NCBI RefSeq assembly: GCF_000143415.4
Contig: NW_003314620.1
Location: forward strand, 1-8,939
Length of the DNA: 8,939 bases
DNA from: Selaginella moellendorffii
Taxonomy: Eukaryota; Plantae; Lycopodiophyta
Direction: 5' to 3'
The notes beneath the pieces are model-generated. The model was not told where the DNA came from and ran no database searches. It saw only the letters and a program-made list of their open reading frames with translations. How positions within the stretch are numbered: the stretch's first letter is position 1; each line of letters opens with the position of its first letter. This document shows, in pieces, positions 6,725 to 8,939 of the stretch. A program made the position numbers and the translations under genes.

Positions 6725-7389
6725 TGGCTTAAGGGGAGAGAGATAAGGTGCGCTACAAAGAAGCAACATTTCAAAATATTGTGCCAAGTGAAGAGCATCA
6801 TTAAGGGTGGCTAAAGCAAGTGTATGCACAAGTTTTACAAGATCTTGACGAGGTGTTAGTCATAACAATCCCAACTTAATCCTCTTTGACATATTAGGCT
6901 TCTCATAAAGTAAGAGGTTTTGGAAATGAATGTTAAATTCCATCATGGACTCAAACAACCCTTGATAAAGACAATGCAATTGCTAAAAGGCATCATTACA
7001 ATTGTTGACATATCTAAATGTGCATTTAAAGACTTTTGGAGAATGCTCCAATCCTCACGAGTGGTTGTGCTCAAACCATTGTACCATTGTAGTACTATCT
7101 CTTAGAAACATGTGGGAAATTCATGCAAATGCCGAGCATCATCTCAAGAATGATATATAATAATCACTGTGAAGTGATTGAACCAATAGTACACATCATC
7201 CTTAGGATTTCTACGGAAGAACTCCAACTAAACTTGAGGATTGGCAGCAAAAGCAGAAAGAGCTATACCACACACTATGAATGCTGCTATCAACTGAGTC
7301 TAATTGTTCAATTATAACCATATAATATTGAGCAATTGCACCAATTGCTGCTGCAAAGTCAAAGGAGGAGGAGGCTGCTGGTCTGCTAT
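6725..7389 (-). pseudogene. gag: Degenerate retrotransposon gag (N-terminus and capsid)
   Basis: Minus translation from ATA 7389 (likely former ATG): IADQQPPPPLTLQQQLVQLL..LEFFRRNPKDDVYYWFNHF..DDARHLHEFPTCF*EIVLQWYNGLSTTTREDWSILQKS, frameshift near 7030, then QLHCLYQGLFESMMEFNIHFQNLL..RQDLVKLVHTLALATLNDALHLAQYFE. Its motifs parallel those of the intact gag in this window. Confidence 0.85.
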
Positions 7390-7521
7390 GAAAATGAATG
7401 AAAAGAAAAAAAACAAAAGAGAAAAAATTGAAAAAGCTATAAGAAAAGAGAGACTTAAACAATGTAAAAGCTAGATTTAAAGGAGAATCCCAAATCCAAG
7501 TGCTCCTCAACTCCACTAATA

Positions 7522-7910
7522 TGAGTGCATGGAATATGGAAAGAAAATATAGAAATATGCATATCAATTAGCCCAAAAACCTTAGTTTATATATATGAGT
7601 GAGAGATTCGAATTGAAACCAATCTAACGGCTACCAAAATCCCACTATGTTAATATTAGTATATAGTATTATAGCCGTACACTTGAACCTCATAAAATAT
7701 AATAAAATTATAAACATATAATCTGTGAATGTATGGAATATGGAAAGAGAATATAGAAATATATATATTAATTAGCCCAAAAACCTTAGCTTATATACAA
7801 GAGTAAGTTATCCAGATTGAAACCAATCTGACAGCTACTAGAATCCTACTACGCTAATATTAGTATCATAGCCATACACATGGACCTCACAAATCTAAAT
7901 ATAAAATTAT
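7522..7910. repeat. Diverged tandem duplication, unit about 200 bp (7522-7711 and 7726-7910)
   Basis: Collinear shared blocks: ATGGAATATGGAAAGA, AATTAGCCCAAAAACCTTAG, ATTGAAACCAATCT, TAATATTAGTAT, ATAAAATTAT. Confidence 0.9.
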
Positions 7911-8194
7911 TTCAAAAAGGAAATTAAAAGAAAAGACATATAATTTACATATTTAAAAGCTGGGATTTATATTAATTTTAAGATGGATTCTGTAAAAAAA
8001 CTCTTGAAGAATAAAAATGATTTTAAAAATTATTTTTACTTATAAAAAAACTAATATTTCTGGATATCCTCAAGTATTTCTTGTTTCAAATGTATATATC
8101 ACAAAAAATTTCTCTAAATAGTAGGAAGTAAATTACTTTCTAATATTAATATTAATATATAGTTCACAAGAGTAGCAACATCTCCTAATCCAAA

Positions 8195-8939
8195 TGTAGG
8201 GTATGCTAGCCCCAAGAATCGCCACTCAACATTTGCACTTGGTCCAAGTGCTCCACGTGTCCAATCCCATGATTAACACTCAAAGATACCACCAACATAT
8301 TAACCTATTACACTAAGGCCATACCTATTCACCTTCGCCACACTGATGGTCCAACACGACCTACATCATAGTCCTGTCTCTAAAAAATTGGGCCATCCAT
8401 CCATGAATGGTCATCTTAGATCCACTCCTTAGCATCCTAAGTATGCCCGTAGACATAGGGAACAACTTTCCCTAATATCCCTTTTTCAGTCCCCATTAAG
8501 TCCCTTTTTGTCCATGGCTATATTCGCCAACACTGCCACTAGGTCACGGCACACCGACCCGACCACTAAATCCCACTGTCTTTTGGGACTTCCTCACCAT
8601 GTGACCGTATCCTTGGTCACTACACTAGAGGATTGCCCTTTTTCCTTTCCATAGTCTAGGACTTTGGGATAACATTTCGAAACACTGTGGCACTATACAA
8701 GCCTCATGGGTACTCTCCCTACCTTCTGCCTTTGGGTGCTCTAGCCATGGGGCTAGAGTGAGGTTCCATTGACCCACGCTAGGTATCTAATGCCACCCAT
8801 GCTTGGACTGGGAGCATCGACCATTCAATCTCCTGGAGGAACTAAAGTCAGCTCTTAAACATTTCACTAAACTAGCCCACTTGTCTGTCCATATTCATTC
8901 TATCTTTGGACTCCTCAGTGGATATATGAAACCACGTCC
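8195..8939 (-). repeat. Putative partial 5' LTR of the older element
   Basis: Composition shift near 8190, CA-nn-TGG geometry on the minus strand, non-coding and hairpin-rich. No partner LTR in the window. Confidence 0.45.

Larger units (their letters stand above)
6725..8939 (-). mobile_element. 5' half of an older, decayed LTR retrotransposon (putative LTR, PBS, AT-rich leader, gag) reading toward the young element
   Basis: Minus-strand order: higher-GC block ending ..CCCTACA (8195), TT, TGG (8192-8190), an AT-rich leader of about 800 bp, then a gag pseudogene. Confidence 0.6.

Noticed and set aside
6920-7567. Short ORFs 6920-7105, 7123-7317 and 7211-7567
   Set aside because: Antisense or off-frame to the decayed gag; the Phe-rich stretch comes from a T-rich leader.
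7495-8254. 12-mer TCCAAGTGCTCC at 7495-7506 and 8243-8254
   Set aside because: A single short match without flanking homology; cannot be distinguished from chance.
1-8939. CRISPR array, rRNA/tRNA genes, prokaryotic systems, chromodomain
   Set aside because: No repeat-spacer array or RNA gene signature is present, and INT ends shortly after GPY/F.

Overview
Eukaryotic (plant-type) repeat DNA; no host gene is visible. The core is a young, GC/CpG-rich, 6,416-bp Ty3/gypsy LTR retrotransposon (309-6724, +). It has TG..CA LTRs of 305 and 302 bp (7 substitutions plus one 3-nt indel by manual alignment), a non-Met PBS, gag, a PR-RT-RH-INT pol with intact catalytic motifs, and a PPT. It looks non-chromovirus (FLDD RT, no chromodomain, no extra RNase H, no env). 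It lies between two decayed retroelement fragments in opposite orientations: an integrase pseudogene on + (1-308), and the 5' half of an older element on - (putative LTR, PBS, leader and gag; 6725-8939). There is no clean TSD. Most unusual: (1) an ATG ORF inside both LTRs carrying CxxC whose frame continues past a TAG across the LTR end and PBS, then overlaps the ATG-less start of gag; (2) gag and pol in one frame separated by a single UGA just after the nucleocapsid; (3) four zinc knuckles in two pairs; (4) flank geometry consistent with a recombination or inversion breakpoint.
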